From positions 96,001-160,000 of the IMG/VR virus record IMGVR_UViG_3300021440_000014: DNA of 64,000 nt; one strand, 5' to 3'. This stretch comes from a virus. Position 1 is the first letter of the stretch. Each line of letters opens with the position of its first letter. Positions 63,823 to 64,000 of this stretch are shown here, one piece after another. Position numbers and translations under genes: made by a program. The notes beneath the pieces were generated by a model. It saw nothing but the letters and a program-made list of their open reading frames with translations. It had not been told where the DNA came from and searched no databases.

Positions 63823-64000
63823 TTATATTGACCTAATGATATTTTTCTTTTAATTGTAGAATCCCAAAGTTCGGTGCAAAAATCTTTAGTTCTTGTAGAG
63901 AACGTTTCAATATCGCAACACTTCAAGTAAAAATACTTGATCCTTTGATTTCCGTCAATCATTCTTCTAAAGAATTTAGGTTTTTTACCACAAATGCATT

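Overview
AT-rich, gene-dense segment of a large (jumbo-type) tailed dsDNA phage genome, with almost everything on the minus strand. The only credible plus-strand genes are a glycosyltransferase and three free-standing homing endonucleases. Recognisable proteins: rIIA/rIIB, RuvB-like ATPase, HD-domain alarmone hydrolase, two nucleotidyltransferases, DRB0094-type RNA ligase, MYG1-like nuclease, macrodomain, cyclic-phosphate receiver, Nudix, phosphoesterases, TAXI solute-binding protein, glycan enzymes, vWA protein, a DUF2828 (Ro60/TROVE-like + vWA) protein, DNA methyltransferase, YopX and a Pif1 helicase. The RNA content is the striking part. There is a tmRNA with a 40-codon tag and 32 tRNA genes covering all 20 amino acids, many with non-canonical folds. 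Interspersed are many structured ncRNAs. The best candidate for an undescribed system is a family of 9 Y-RNA-like modules (covarying terminal stem + fixed-position CAGY) carrying different cargo, including a YrlA-type permuted tRNA domain and an isolated Asn anticodon stem-loop, encoded near the Ro-like DUF2828/vWA genes. Other unusual RNAs: a CCA-retaining circularly permuted tRNA-like RNA behind an uncharacterised coiled-coil gene, three tRNA-Leu-like 'shell' RNAs with large inserts, and a three-copy AUAGAC...GUGAAAUC motif. All RNA calls are from manual reading and base-pairing; no searches were run.
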